DNA from: Chrysomallon squamiferum | Taxonomy: Eukaryota > Animalia > Mollusca | NCBI GenBank assembly: GCA_012295275.1 | Contig: CM022671.1 | Location: 30,256,001-30,320,000, forward strand | Direction of reading: 5' to 3' | DNA: 64,000 nucleotides | Part shown: positions 44,740-58,944 of the stretch, piece by piece | Layout of the letters: every line of letters begins with the position of its first letter | Position numbering within the stretch: position 1 is the first letter of the stretch | The notes under the pieces: model-generated | Databases searched by the model: none | What the model saw: the letters and a program-made list of their open reading frames with translations, nothing else | What the model was told of the DNA's origin: nothing | Program-made: the position numbers and the translations under genes

Positions 44740-45620
44740 GAAGACGTCACATTACATCTGCTGCCTCGTTTTGATTTACATCGCAGGGCAAGTTAAAAAA
44801 AAAATAATAATAATAAAATAAAGAGGAAAACATTTTAAATTATTTAGACAGGCAGTGTGCCGGCCTGGAGGCCGTAATGTTATCAAAACAAATAAAATAT
44901 TAAGTGTTGCTATTCATCCAAATGTTTCGTCTCGTTTAATTTTCACACAATAATGAAAACTCTTTCTGAAATAAGCTGAAATGTGTCAACGTAATTAAAA
45001 CGAAATGGGCTTCATCTTCTTGCATCGTTCCTACGGCTATGGCCGCAATACGAACAGAAGGAAGCGAGGGAAAACCAAAAACTGAAATGAAGTCAGTTCG
45101 CCATGCGCGGATGGAAAAAAATAGTTCCCTTGACAGCTTTTTGGCTTTTCGGAAAACGCCATCTTGTTCGAGATTTGCCCTTTAAGGATCTTATTGTTTG
45201 AAAGACTAAGAAAACAGTTTAGGAAACGTAAGGTGTGTTTAATTAGATTACGTAATGAAATATTTATATTGTTCGTCTCGCCAGAAAAAAAAAAAAAAAT
45301 AAAATAAATAAAAAAAAAAAAAAAAGAAGAAGAAGAAGAAAAAAAAAAAAAAAAAGACACAACGTTATAGAAAAATAATAAAACTAAAACAAACAAATAA
45401 AAAGGAAATAAATAAATAAATAAATAAAAATAAATAAAAATAAACGTTGTTTCTAATTACATATCTAATGATCTAATTTTCACAGCAAATCCAGTTTTTG
45501 TGTGTAGCATAATTTGCATATGTGTGTATCTATTTGTACGTGTTTGTATGAGTATGTACGTATATGTCTCTCTTTGTATGCGTGTGTGTGTGTGTGTGTA
45601 TACATATGTGTATGTGTATA

Positions 45621-45659
<39 letters not shown>

Positions 45660-46465
45660 TTATCTGTGTAGGTATGTTTGTGCGTGTCTATGTACGTAGG
45701 TACTTATGTATATGCATGTATATTTATCTCTTTGTTTGTCTTTCTCTCTGTCTATTTCTTCATATCTAGATGATTAAAATATTTATATCTGATTTAGTTA
45801 ATATATTGTGTTCTGTAATCTATTTTATTTTTTACATAATTTAAAAAAAATTGTTTTTCTAATGATTATAACTGGCGTTGTTCTTTCTTCATTTTTCATT
45901 TTTCCTTTACTTTTCCTTTCTATTCTCTTTCTTCTTTTTCTTTTATTTTCTCTTTTTTCATTTCTTTCTATCTTTTTTTTTTTTTTTTTTTTTTTTTTTC
46001 CGTCTCTAATCTTAATGCTATAAACTGAACAATAATAATACGAGCGGGCAATCCGCATCTTTGAATGTAAAGAAACGGAACGTTTGTATTTCAGACTAGA
46101 CTCAGTTTTCAAAACGTTTAAGTTACAAATGATTTGACTACAAGTCGATCGAGTTTGATTTATAACCATTGTGACGTGTTCACCTGTAATTTATCGTAAA
46201 GTCATGAAGACAGTCTCGTTGTCGAATCATCGGGCGGCTTCGTTTGTTCTCGGCTTTTTACGACGTTATGATGCCTCGTCTGGAAGCGCGCGTGCGCTAG
46301 ACAAGTGTCTCAAGATGGTTGATTGAAAAGTCGACGCGAAGTGGATTTACTGAATGAAAATAAAAGTTGTTAGTTATTTTTATTGTTAGATGAAGATAGT
46401 TGTTTGTAGATTGTGTAACGGCAGACGGGAAAATGATGTGACCAGATGGATATAAATAATAATAA

Positions 46466-46496
<31 letters not shown>

Positions 46497-46777
46497 AATA
46501 AAATAAATAAAATAAAGCAAAATAAAATAAATTATATAAATAAATAATTAATAAGATAAATAATAATAATAATAATAATAAAATTTAATTAAATTTAATT
46601 CAGTTCAGTTTAATTTAATTTGATTTAATATGAATTTAATTCATTTTTGTTTATTTTATTTATAAATAATTATTTATCATTAATTTATTTATTACTTATT
46701 TATTGGCTTTTTTCTTTCTTTTTTTTTAAATTGTCAACGTTTGTTTTTAAATTGATTTAGTCAGACATTCTTTTAAT

Positions 46778-46816
<39 letters not shown>

Positions 46817-46830
46817 TATCATTATTATTA

Positions 46831-46862
<32 letters not shown>

Positions 46863-46883
46863 GTTGTTGTTGTTTTGTTGTTG

Positions 46884-46921
<38 letters not shown>

Positions 46922-47585
46922 TAAATCCAGATTGTATGTTATTTATATTTTGAGAATATAGTATACATATTTACTTCTTCTGTCGAATTAAAAAGTTGAA
47001 TACCGTCAAATGATAATACACTTCGACAAGAAAAAATTAAGTTATTAATTTTTTGTCTTATGTTTTACGTACATTTTTCTTAAAGTTGTTTGACTGGCGA
47101 AAATATCTAAAATACTACGACTACCACTACTACTACGACTGCTACTTCTACTATTTTTACTACTACTACTTCTACTACTACTACTGTTACTACTCCTAAT
47201 AATATTAACAATAACATTAATAATGTAGTTTAAATAATACTAATATAAAAAATATATATGAAGTATGTTTAGTAAAATTGTATAAAATCATTAAATCTTT
47301 CTTGGTATTTTAAAATACAAAAACCAGTTAACCATTAACTGATTAAGTAATTTAAAAATGCAAAATAATAACACTATTAATAATAATAATAATAACAACA
47401 ACAACAACAATAAATAAATAAATAACAGGTATGTATGCATATTTGTATATCAATATATGTTGTGTGCGAGTATATATACATATATATGTATGTATGTATG
47501 TATGTATATATGTATGTATGTTATATGTACATATGTATATGTATGTATATATGTATATATGTCTCTGTGTTTCTGTGTGTGTGTG

Positions 47586-47664
<79 letters not shown>

Positions 47665-49189
47665 CAGAGACAGAGATTATATAATTATAAAACGAAATAA
47701 ATAGAACAATTCTGAAAAAGGAACAGAATGTTTTAGTCAAAAACAATTTAAAAACAAAACAAAACAAACCCAAAAAAAACCCAACAAGTTTAAGAGAGAT
47801 CATGTCCATTAACCATTTAGCATAGCGCTCCACCGTACAATAGTCTTTTTGTACCGTAAATCATTGTCGGCTACAAACGTGATACATTTTACAATTACAA
47901 ACATCGCTAATGGTTTCACACCGCAGAGGCCCCTACTCAAAGCAAATCTTTGGGGTGTTGCTCCCACTTGGGGTCAGCCGAGAACGGACACGGAGAGAGA
48001 GAGGCGGGCAGTCACGCGTCGGATCGCAGAGTGCCAGCAGACGACTGTCCCGATTTAATGGAGATGTTTCGCCGAGCAGTGGAGCTAATCGCCGCCATCT
48101 TGAATTTTCAAAAGGGCAAGTGATTACCGGGCCCTAATTTACGCTTCGTAGTGTGATATCAAAGGAGAGCGAGGATCATTCTGAAGAGAGATCATAAAGG
48201 AACAGAGTTCGTTTATTAAGTTGTGTTTAACGTCACTTAAAAGATATCACCTTTATAGACGTCATTTGCTTGATGGACCGTGTAAAAGTTTTTCGGAAAA
48301 AAAAAAAAACGAAAAAAAAAAAACGTAATAAAATTCGGACACAAAGCAGACGGTTCCTAACGTCATTAGCGCTCATGCGCGATGACCCCCGACCCCGAAT
48401 AAGATGATGATCCCTTAATCATAAACAGCAGTACCAGTGCGTGGCAAAAAGACACAATAGTGTCGAAGGAAATTAGGCGAATTTGCCTCCAATCAGCCAG
48501 TGGCTTGCGACCCGGTGTTAGCGGACACATCTGCTCAAAAGCAAGCACTTGATCTTTGCGCAGGTACATTGTTCGCGCGGCGAGAGCCACGTGTCTACAA
48601 AGCTTTCTTACTTACTTCCATTTAACACAATTTGTTCTTTATTAATTAAGCTTCATTTATCACCTCGATTGAATGTTGCAAGTCGATGTGGCTCATTAAA
48701 TGTCACTCTCATTGTGGTCGAAATCGAGAGAGCTCGCGAGAAGCCGAGATATAATTAGGGTATAAAGTAATAAATTCGACATTTTAAACTTCGCGACTAA
48801 AAGAAAAGCGAAAACTTCGAAATTTTGTGTACAGGTGTTCCCCCCCCAAAACAAAACCCCCTAACATGGATCAGTGAAAGCCCGTGAGACAATGGGTGTG
48901 ACGTCACGACCGCGGCATATGCTGAAAGGTAAAAAGCGAGTTTTGTAGTTATTTGACACTTTAATCAATAGTTAACGAGCTAGCTGAACCCGTTCTGTTT
49001 TAATTGTGGGTCGTTTACCGTGCTGAATGGTACGTCGTAATTTAATAGCATTCTGTAAGTTGATCCATCGTATTTTGGGTTTTTTCTGGAAATGCACACC
49101 TAATGCACTATTGACTGGTGAATCAAAAAATTCAATAATTAATATATTGTCTGCATGTTGTAATTGAAAGAGATGGCGAAAGACAGAGG

Positions 49190-49291
<102 letters not shown>

Positions 49292-49346
49292 GAACATATA
49301 GAGAGGACGAAAGTGACATGGCAAAACTCAAACGAAGAATGTAAGC

Positions 49347-49450
<104 letters not shown>

Positions 49451-50661
49451 CATATATAGCTGGAAAGTCAGGCATATTAAGAGCGTAGAACAGACATAGA
49501 GAGAGAACGTCGGACAAATAGAAAGAAAATGTGTGTTTTAGTTATTTTAAAATGTTTTGATTTTAAATATTTCCTTTGATCCAATTATAGTCGAAAAAAG
49601 AAAATCACATACAAGAAAAAAAAATAATAAAAAGGACTACAAGAACAATAAAATACAGAGGGTAGAACAAAACTTAGTAAGTAAAAAAAGAAAAGTAGAA
49701 AAAAAAAATAACAACAACAACAGCAAAAAGAAAAAATTGGCAACGTAAGAAGTATATGAAAAAAAGAAGAAAAACAAAAAAAATGAAAGAAACAAAATGA
49801 TCTAAACGGTCTGGGGCAATATGTCTTCTATCATAAATCAAAAAAAAAATAAAAATAAAAATAAAAAAAATAAAATCCAATTCATATAGAACGCCATAAA
49901 ATCGAACTGAGCTTATAATTTTTAGAATAAACAAAATTAACGTGAAGTTTACTAAATTTCCCTGTTTGATTTATATTAAGCGACAGAAGGCTTTTTGCCT
50001 GTTGGTAATCCACCTCTAATTGGCACTGCGAGTCATCGCCTTTTATCTCACGAACCCCTGCTTAGGCCACAGATTTCACGAAACATGGGAAAAAAAAAAA
50101 AAAAAAAAAAAAAACCGGTGTTGAAACGAACTCATTTTTCTACGAGTGTGAGTGAAATACATACATATTATGCAATCTATCGGTGGATGTAATCGGCCGA
50201 TTGGCCACGCTCAGTACATCATGATGAATAACGAAATTGGAGCGAAATGAATAATGGATCAGAATGCTTTGAAAAGGTCCTGTTGTTCGGCAGGTAGTAG
50301 TTGAAAGAGTAGAGTGTTGATTTAGCGATAAAAAAAACACATAATAATAATCAAAAAAAAGAAAGAGAAAAAAAAAAAGCTCTGTGTGTGTTTTTTAAAT
50401 GATTAAAAGAATGATAAGAAAGAAGTAGGGAAAGGCAGGTAGTTAGTTAGGAAGCAGGAAGAAGGGAAGAAGGAAAATATGTTTTCGTAAAGAGAATTTT
50501 GTTTTAAATGTGTTAAATAAATGGTGTAAGATAAATTCCAGTGTTTCCATTTTGACGGTAACGGGTGTGCGTGTTGTGTGTGTTTGCGTGTGCTTGTAAA
50601 AATTAATTGTGCATGTGTCTATATGTCCGTGTGTGTTTGTGTATGTATATATATGTATGTG

Positions 50662-50748
<87 letters not shown>

Positions 50749-51317
50749 CATAAAAAAGAGGGATAAAGAGAAACAGCACGGAAAAACGTATTTTGCCGTT
50801 GCATTTACCTTAATCTTTTGTTTTCGTTGGATTGCATAGCACTAATTTAAGCTGTTAGGTCTTTCTAACACCTTCCCTTGTTCTGTTATTTTACGTATTC
50901 ATAAACCTAATTCATTCATCCCATTATATTTCCTTCCATCCATCCATCCGTCCATCTATGTAATCAGCCACTCATTCTTCTCATCTTACTTTCATTGGGT
51001 CATCAAATCTTATTACAGATAATAATAATAAACAATAAATAGAAAATTTCATTTATCTTTTATTAAATTATTTTGGTCCATACAGTTTCATTAGAACAAG
51101 TCTATGTTTGTGAACTAATTTTTATTTGTACATTTTATTTAAACAGCCAATGCATTTTATTTAAACAGCCAACAGAAAAACAACACAGTAATAATAATCA
51201 GTCATAATATGAAGACATGATGAGTTGGACCATGATGTCTCAACAGAAATCAAGTTAGGAAAGCTTTTCTTGAGATACGATTTTATGTATTAAGAAATTA
51301 GTAATTCTATCTCTCTT

Positions 51318-51445
<128 letters not shown>

Positions 51446-51520
51446 CTGAGTGAGTGAGTGAGTGTGTGTATGGATGTACGTTTGTTTCAACCCTGGTACA
51501 AATGCATGCTCACAGCTTAC

Positions 51521-51798
51521 TTTGGTACGGCGTGCGCTCCGCAAAAAGTACTAGATATGTCGATGGTGATTTCGTTTCTCGCTTTTTCTATGACCTTCAA
51601 CATCTTAACCTCTGTGTCAACATCGAGTCCATAACCACTCTTACACTCAACCAGAGTAGTTCCTGAGCGAATCATGGTCACCAGGCGATGATGAAAAAGT
51701 TCGTATAACGTCTGCTCGTCAGCGTTTCTAGTATGTTCTACGGTGAAATGTATCCCTCCGCCGGCCTTGTGAACTTCCATGTACTTGGCACCAGCTAA
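51521..51798 (-). CDS. AMDHD1: Imidazolonepropionase (AMDHD1/HutI) exon 4
   Basis: TTTTTCAG acceptor. LAGAKYMEVHKAGGGIHFTVEHTR...GTTLVECKSGYGLDVDTEVKMLKVIE...TFCGAHAVPK. AA|GTAAGC donor. 278 nt, phase 0 to 2. Confidence 0.95.
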
Positions 51799-51959
51799 CT
51801 GAAAAATGTGACTTCGTTTTTAAAAAAAACCTGTTACACAGTTCAGTGTAAAGTACCAAAATCAATCATTCAGAATAATAATTGAAGCAATAAGGTCAAC
51901 TCCCAATGAAAAAAAAAATAGTACAGCTAGCTGGTATTGTACCTCTAAACAAAAGCTCA

Positions 51960-52735
51960 TGATACAAGCCACTAAATTCAAGTTGTTGCCACAACACCCA
52001 ATGAGCAGTATAATCAGTGACTGTTCCTGAACAGACTCAAAAGAACTGGCTTTGATAAACTGAGGAAATCACTCCTGAGGCTACATACGGCAAACTGCCA
52101 GACAAAATCCATCAAGTTAGCACTGGATCTAAAATAAATGAGTGGAAATTGGAGGAACTGGAATATACATCATGGAAGTTAAGGCTCTCTCGTTCGTGAT
52201 GGTGCCAACATCATCAGCACCAGAGAGAACTGCTCACGTGTCGTCTTTCTCTCTCTACCCTCCCAGCTCTTGAAAAGAACAAGCCAGACAAACTTTCAGA
52301 AGCCTACATCCAACCAAGTCGTGTTACAATGGATTCCTGTCACTGTGGCATACCTGAAAACGAGAACGCAGACAGACTGGCAAAACTAGTTATAAATAAT
52401 GAACAGGAAGATAACTGGTTGACATATGAAAAGATGAAATCCCATTGTAGATGTCTCTATAGACCTCCGGAACAAACCGATGACTATCACCTGCTATCCC
52501 GTCATGAACAAATAATTATTTTCCTATTAAGCACTGGACACAACACTTCAACCAGCACACGCACAAGAGTTTCCGACTGGCATCTTCTTCCATTTGCTCC
52601 TGTGGAGAATCCATAAACCTACAACAGCTGAGGGAGACCACCTGGACAACTACAACAACTCTCCCAAAAAAAAGCTGTATGACACAAGAAGTGATCTACA
52701 GAGAACAGCAACGTTCATATTCATTGCTGGCTTTC
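51960..52735 (+). mobile_element. Decayed 3' part of an RNase H-bearing non-LTR retrotransposon (I-group/Ingi/Nimb-like)
   Basis: VVLQWIP/(frameshift)/HCGIPENENADRLAK at 52318-52385 is the RNase H C-terminal motif. It is followed by LSRHEQIIIFLLSTGHN, a CSCGE knuckle remnant and KLYDTRSDLQRTATFI. Lies in AMDHD1 intron 3, antisense to the gene. Left boundary approximate. Confidence 0.8.
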
Positions 52736-53078
52736 ATTATAATATCATGCAAGGTATTATTATGACATATGACATAATGTGATCCAAAATTTCTTTGTTA
52801 TAACATGATGTGATACGAAATATAATAAATATAGTTATAATTTAATGTAATGTAATGTAATATACTACAACATATGACATAATGCAGTATAATGTAATAT
52901 AAACAGCAAAGCACAACATAATGTAACATAATATAACATAATATGACATAACATAACATCATATAATATAACATAAACAAATTCAGTATAATATTAATCA
53001 GTAAGTCGTAATACATACTAAGCCACAAGGCCAAACATCATAGCAGCTAGTAATATTTTAACCAAAGTCTTATCATTA

Positions 53079-53167
<89 letters not shown>

Positions 53168-53304
53168 CGTGTGTGTATATGTGTACACGTACTTAAATAC
53201 ATAGTAACATACTTCTTTATTTTTTATTTTTTTTTGTTTTTTTAATTTGTTGTTTTTTGGGGGCTTGTGTGTTTATATTTTATGACGGTGTACAAAAGAG
53301 AGAC

Positions 53305-53369
53305 CTTCATTGCAAATTCGTGAACTCGATCACCTGCCCAGACGGGATGTGTGTGCGCATCTACAAAAC
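53305..53369 (-). CDS. AMDHD1: AMDHD1 exon 3 (metal-binding HxH motif)
   Basis: GTTTCAG acceptor. GFVDAHTHPVWAGDRVHEFAMK. AAG|GTCTCT donor (weak). 65 nt, phase 1 to 0. Confidence 0.95.
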
Positions 53370-53706
53370 CTGAAACAGAAGAAAACCTTTTATTGTACAT
53401 AAAGATGTTTTATGTATTTATTTATGTATTGATTTATTGATTTATTTATTTATTATAATTTTTAAAAAGGTGCACCAAAAAACCCAACCAAAAAAAAAAA
53501 AAAAAAAAAATGAAAATCCAAAGAGAAAAGCTAACAACAACCATAATGGTAATGCTGATTTTGCTGATGATTATAATGATGATGATAATGATGGTATTAC
53601 TAACAACAGTTAATAACAACAAATAATAATAATAATAACAATAATAATAATAGTATTGATAATGATGATGATTCTGGGTAATCAAATAATATTAACTGTT
53701 CCTCAC

Positions 53707-53812
53707 CTGGAAGAACACATTTTCCTGTTGCATCAATCGTGCAGTCAAAATCGTGTCACTGTATTTCTCCTTAATGACGTCATCATCGCCTAAATCATCG
53801 ATGGTCCCCTCA
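53707..53812 (-). CDS. AMDHD1: AMDHD1 exon 2, with an apparent 1-nt deletion frameshift
   Basis: EGTIDDLGDDDVIKEKYSDT reads in one frame and FDCTIDATGKCVLPG in the next. The exon is 106 nt, while the flanking phases require 3n+2 (107). CTTCAG acceptor, CAG|GTGAG donor. Confidence 0.88.
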
Positions 53813-54628
53813 CTGAAGGAGAAAGAAATAATAATAAAGTAAACCTGTAAGGATTTTATTTGTTTATGAAAAGTACTCTTTTCTAACAATAAAGTATAAT
53901 TATAACATAAAAAGCAATCGCGAAAAATATGTAATCTGTCATTGCCATGTCTTTGACGTGGACCAGTTTTTGTTTATTTATTTATTTATTTTATTTTTTA
54001 CTTTTTTATTTTTTTATTTTTATAAAGAAAGAAAGAAAACAAACACCCTACCAAACAAAAATCCACAGGTCAAACACTAATGTGACTACAGATATTCAGT
54101 AAATTTTTGGTTTATATGAACATGTATACGTGATAAATAATGATAATAACAAAAACAAACAAATAAAGCAGTATTTTATAAATACATAGCTTAGTCATCT
54201 CTGTGAATTAGACTTATACTTATGAAAAATATTATTTTTATTACGATGTGTATTATTCATTAGTTATGTCTTACATCAACCAGACACCATTATTTTGGCA
54301 ATACAAAGACTATGAAAAACAGTTTGTGCGAAATGCATACAAAAAATTTAATTGCTATTAATAAAAAGGTGAAAACAAAAGAAAAAGAAAAAGAAATTAA
54401 AATGAAGCTATGACGTGACAAGTTTCTTATTATCCTACGATAAAGTTTTCATTTACATATTTCATTTACAAGTAAATTCTATCAGCAGCTGATTTAAGGG
54501 GGAAAACCCTTTCGAAATTAAAGACTGTAGAGTTACGTCCCTCTCATTTAGAGCTGCGTCCCTTTAAGAGTAACGATTATACTTTAGATATTATTTTTAA
54601 GTAAGTAAATAAATAAATATTATTATTA

Positions 54629-54669
<41 letters not shown>

Positions 54670-54758
54670 CCCAGTAGCCAGTTTGGCATATAATGATGTT
54701 GATGATGATAATAATAAAACATATATATATTTATGTATATATGTATATATATGTCTCT

Positions 54759-54927
<169 letters not shown>

Positions 54928-55071
54928 CTGTCTCTCTTTCTCTATCTCTGATTTTCTTTCTTTGAATATTCAGATGAATAACGCAGCTTCAGAACACATT
55001 TTACTATTGACTATAACCTGTACAAGATATGCGTATTCAATTACAAAAAGCTAATATCAATTACAGCTGAC

Positions 55072-55220
55072 CTGTTGACGACAAGACTAACTCCTTTTCC
55101 ATCGCTCCCTTCTAGAATGGCGACATCTTGCGAAAGTTTTCCGCACAGAATGCGTGCACGCGTATCTGTAATTTGCACAATTTGTCTCGCAGACTTTATT
55201 AACAGTTTGCACTTCCTCAT
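55072..55220 (-). CDS. AMDHD1: AMDHD1 first coding exon
   Basis: MRKCKLLIKSARQIVQITDTRARILCGKLSQDVAILEGSDGKGVSLVVN resembles the AMDHD1 N-terminus (LLLENAQQVV...LAVLEG.SLVV). AG|GTCAG donor in phase 2 fits exon 2. Confidence 0.85.
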
Positions 55221-55530
55221 ACCTGCAGCTCCTTTGTCATCTGACACAGTAAACACAAACTGAGAATATTCAAATCCACGTAATGAGGTCGTGATAAAGC
55301 GATACTCTTTGTGGTTATCTTGCACTATTTCTCTGTCTACCAACGTCATAGTTGACACTGTTCTTCCGATGTATCCTATCTACTCTGTGGTATAATATTA
55401 TACCTAGTTCCGCCTGATGTTAAATTTCGTCAAAGTTACGTTGTTAAAAATGAGAATTCGAAAAACAAAGAGGGAATGTGAATATTATGCTGAAATGGAT
55501 TATAGATAAAACGTAATTTCATTCGACCAA

Positions 55531-56955
55531 AAACCAACCCAATAAAAAACTCCAACGCCACTCATGAAAAAAAAGGAAAGAGAAAATGAGAAAAGGAAAA
55601 ACAACAACAACACGGACAATAAACAACAAGAAACAACAAGAACTACAACAAACCTCCCCCCAAAAAACAACAACAACAAACAAACAATGACCGAATAGAA
55701 AAAGAGAAAGAAAGAAAGAATTAGAAAAAACAAAACAATAATACACAAATAATACCATAAGTTTTATTATTGTGTTATGGTGGACATAACACAAATATAT
55801 TTGTCGTTTTGTTATTTCACAAACAATTTTACTTTATCACGAGTGAAAAAAGATTAAGTGCAAGCGACCCCCAGGTTGAAAAGCTAAGAGCTAATCTAAC
55901 TGAATACGAGATAACGAAAGTTCACCAAATCATCAGGTAAGATTAAAAATAAGCTGCTGGATACTAAATAAAGGTTAGTGAATAATAGAACACCTCATTT
56001 ACCTTTAGATTAGTGTGTGATATAAAGCTTGTGTTATATATTTATACACAGATACATAACACACCCACACAAACACATACATACACATTTTATAACCTGT
56101 TTTATATACGTATGTACATCTGTGTGTGGACGTACATGTTCGTTTGTGTGTGTATGTCTGTCTGTCTGCACTTATAAATTATGGATAAAACCAATCCAAT
56201 AAAAAAAACTCCAACCCCACCCATAAAAAAAAAAAGGAAAGACAAATTGAGAAAAGAAAAAATAACAACAACAAGGACAATAAACAACAAGAAACAACAA
56301 GAAATACAACAACCCCCCTAAAAAAAAACCAACAACAACAAACAAACAATAACCGAATAGAAAAAGAGAAAGAAAGAAGTAGAAAAACAAAACAATAATA
56401 CACAAATATTGGCATAGTTTATTTATTGTGTCATGGTGGACATGCGCAAGATAGAGCCTTTTACAAATATATTTTTCACTTTACTATTTCACAAACAATT
56501 TTACATTATCACGAGTGAAAAATGATTAAGTACAAGCTAATCCACTGGTTTTCAACCTGTTTCCTACCGAAGAACGATCTCCCGACCCCTCAAAAAGAGG
56601 CTGGCGACCCCTCTGGAGGTCGCGACCCCCAGATTAAAAAGCTAAGAGCTAATCTAACTGAATACGAGATAACAAAGATCATCCGTTTTGTCTGACACAA
56701 GTTCACCAAATTATCAAGTAAGATTAAAAATAAGCTGCTGGATACTAAATAAAGATTAGTGAATAACAGAAAACCTCTTTTACCTTTAGATTAGTGTGTG
56801 ATATAAAGCTTGTGTTATATATTTATACATAAATACATAACACAACCACACAAACACATACATACACATTTTATAACCTGTTTGTATACATGTACATCTG
56901 TGTGTGGACGTACATGTTCGTTTGTGTGTGTATGTCTGTCTGTCTGCACGTATAA
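55531..56955. repeat. Recent tandem duplication (~650-bp and ~770-bp copies)
   Basis: 55531-56177 and 56188-56955 align along their length (for example AAAATAAGCTGCTGGATACTAAATAAAG.TTAGTGAATAA.AGAA). Copy 2 has three extra segments. Confidence 0.95.
56543..56646. mobile_element. hAT-superfamily MITE (104 bp)
   Basis: Left end CACTGGTTTTCAACCTG. Right end CAGATTAAAAAGCTAAG (CAGGTTGAAAAGCTAAG in the other duplicate). Internal GACCCC repeats and GGTCGCGACC palindrome. 8-bp target-site duplication AGCTAATC at 56535-56542 and 56647-56654. Confidence 0.8.
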
Positions 56956-57261
56956 GTGTATTTATGTGTATACTTGTGTTTACTGAATGTATGTGGTGTG
57001 TATGTATACATATCTACATACAAGGATGTTTTCATAGCCGCACGGTAATGTCGTCGGTTTTCGGAATGCGGGTGAATGTGTAACTTACACCTGACGAGGT
57101 TTGTGAAGTCTTGACAGGACTTTGTCTTCCAATGCGTTCCCGAACATTGACTATATTCTTAACCAGACTACATAAGACAGAGAAGGTTCAAATCCTAAAC
57201 TGCATACACATTCACTCATGTTCATGTATATACATGTATATACGTGCAGTATAAAGTTTAT

Positions 57262-57570
57262 TGAGGTCAGTTAAGCATTCATTTATGCACGTCTAAAAGG
57301 AAGTCGCAAGTGATTCATGCAACCAGATATTTCCAGTAGACATCGCGATTATAATTTAATACCTTTAACGGAGAATGATCTTCGATTCGTTTCTGAAATA
57401 CCCACACACTTTGTTTCGATCTTGCCAGGAAGTAAATAATTCAGAAAGACGTCTTCAGAAATCTTCCGATATTTCTAATATTGTTAATGATATATACAAA
57501 CTGAAATCTGGATACTACCAAACGCTATTTATGTAAGTATAATGGTTTGATAAAAGTAATATTGTTTCTT
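57262..57570 (+). promoter_or_regulatory. Putative TLR promoter/5' UTR exon module, copy A
   Basis: GCCAGGAAGT (ETS-like), GAAATCTTCC (kappaB-like) and TGATTCA (AP-1-like), ending in a GTAAGT donor at 57533. Homologous to 58326-58470 and 63793-64000. Confidence 0.5.
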
Positions 57571-58325
57571 GTCTATAGTTGTTAAACGTCTATAGGGGTA
57601 TAATTAAGTGTATAAATTTAAGGGTATCTAGATATGCATTTGTGTTTGTACGTCTGTCTGTTGCTATATCTATCCATGTATCTATATTTCGATCTATCTA
57701 TCTCTCTTCCTCTGAAATATATATATAATCCAACTGTTCCTGAAGCTTTATTTTGTGGCAAAACAATATCAGTGTTTTCAGTATTGTAAAACGAATGATA
57801 CAGCGAGGTTATTTTTGTTGTTGTGACTGATACCTTGTATAACATGACCCATTACGCACTTATGTAACCAAATCCATAAAGCATCCTGTCACTGAAGCAA
57901 GGACACGTGTAAACTCGTCTATCTAAATTTAAACATCACTTGACATACGCTTTTAAGACATCCCAACGTTTACATCGATCGAATTTAATTATTAAGATAT
58001 TCCCATAAGGGTTAACGGCGTAGACATTGATAATATATGTAGATAACTCAAGACTTTTGACAAAGGATCAATTAACACAAGGGGACAAAGTATTAAGAAA
58101 GGAACCCTTCTCACAAGAATACAACGGGACTAAACAATATTCAGACTGAATAGTCCATACGCTAATATTAGAAAAATGCATGGTCCTTGATTTTCTTAGT
58201 TGAATAAACAAACAAACAAACAAATAAATAAATAAATAAATAAATGTAAATTTACAAAAAGGGGGAAAAAAAATAAAGGTGACACATATGTTATTTTCAG
58301 TACAATTAGTTTCACTTTCAATCAT

Positions 58326-58470
58326 GCCAGGAAGTTAAAATTTAGAACATTTTCTTTAGAAAATATAACATATGGCAGCTATAATTACTTTTACGTGATG
58401 ATTAAAAAGTCTGGATACATTTATCTGCTGTTTAGGTAAGGACAATGATCTAGATAATATCATGTTGTAA
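58326..58470 (+). promoter_or_regulatory. Putative TLR promoter/5' UTR exon module, copy B
   Basis: GCCAGGAAGT at 58326, TCTGGATAC, and TAG|GTAAGG donor at 58436, with the same spacing as copy A. A polypyrimidine+CAG acceptor lies at 58921-58941, 3 nt before the TLR ATG. Confidence 0.5.
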
Positions 58471-58944
58471 CATTTCAACTGTTGAATATATTATTTATTA
58501 CAGTTTGGATATGTCTGCCTGTTTGTCTTTCTGTCTCACTGTTTATATGTATGTCCATCTGTCTATGAATATATCTGTCTGTATATGTCTCTCTGTTTGT
58601 CTGACATTAAATTATCTTCTTATCTGCCTACCTCTCTAGCTGTCATCAGTCCATCTATTTTTTCTCTAACGATGTGTCCAACTGTATCAATCTGTCTGTC
58701 TGTCTGTATAATCTATCTGTGTATTTAAGCACTTCGTCTATAAATCTGTGCACGATAAAGCTAATGTAGATATAAACCAGATCAGTGAGAATTATATGTG
58801 TGTGTTTGTTTTATATCACAATAACCAAACGTTTGACTTAGTTAAGTGATGAGAGAAAACAACAGGAATCATTAAAGAAACCAAAATTTGACTGTTTTTT
58901 CAATTCTTTCTTAATTATTTCTTTTATTTTCTTCATTCCAGAAA

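Noticed and set aside
46060-46080. Partial matches to conserved miRNAs (miR-1-like GAATGTAAAGAA; others at 15932 and 55483)
   Set aside because: Only 8-12 nt match and no precursor hairpin is evident.
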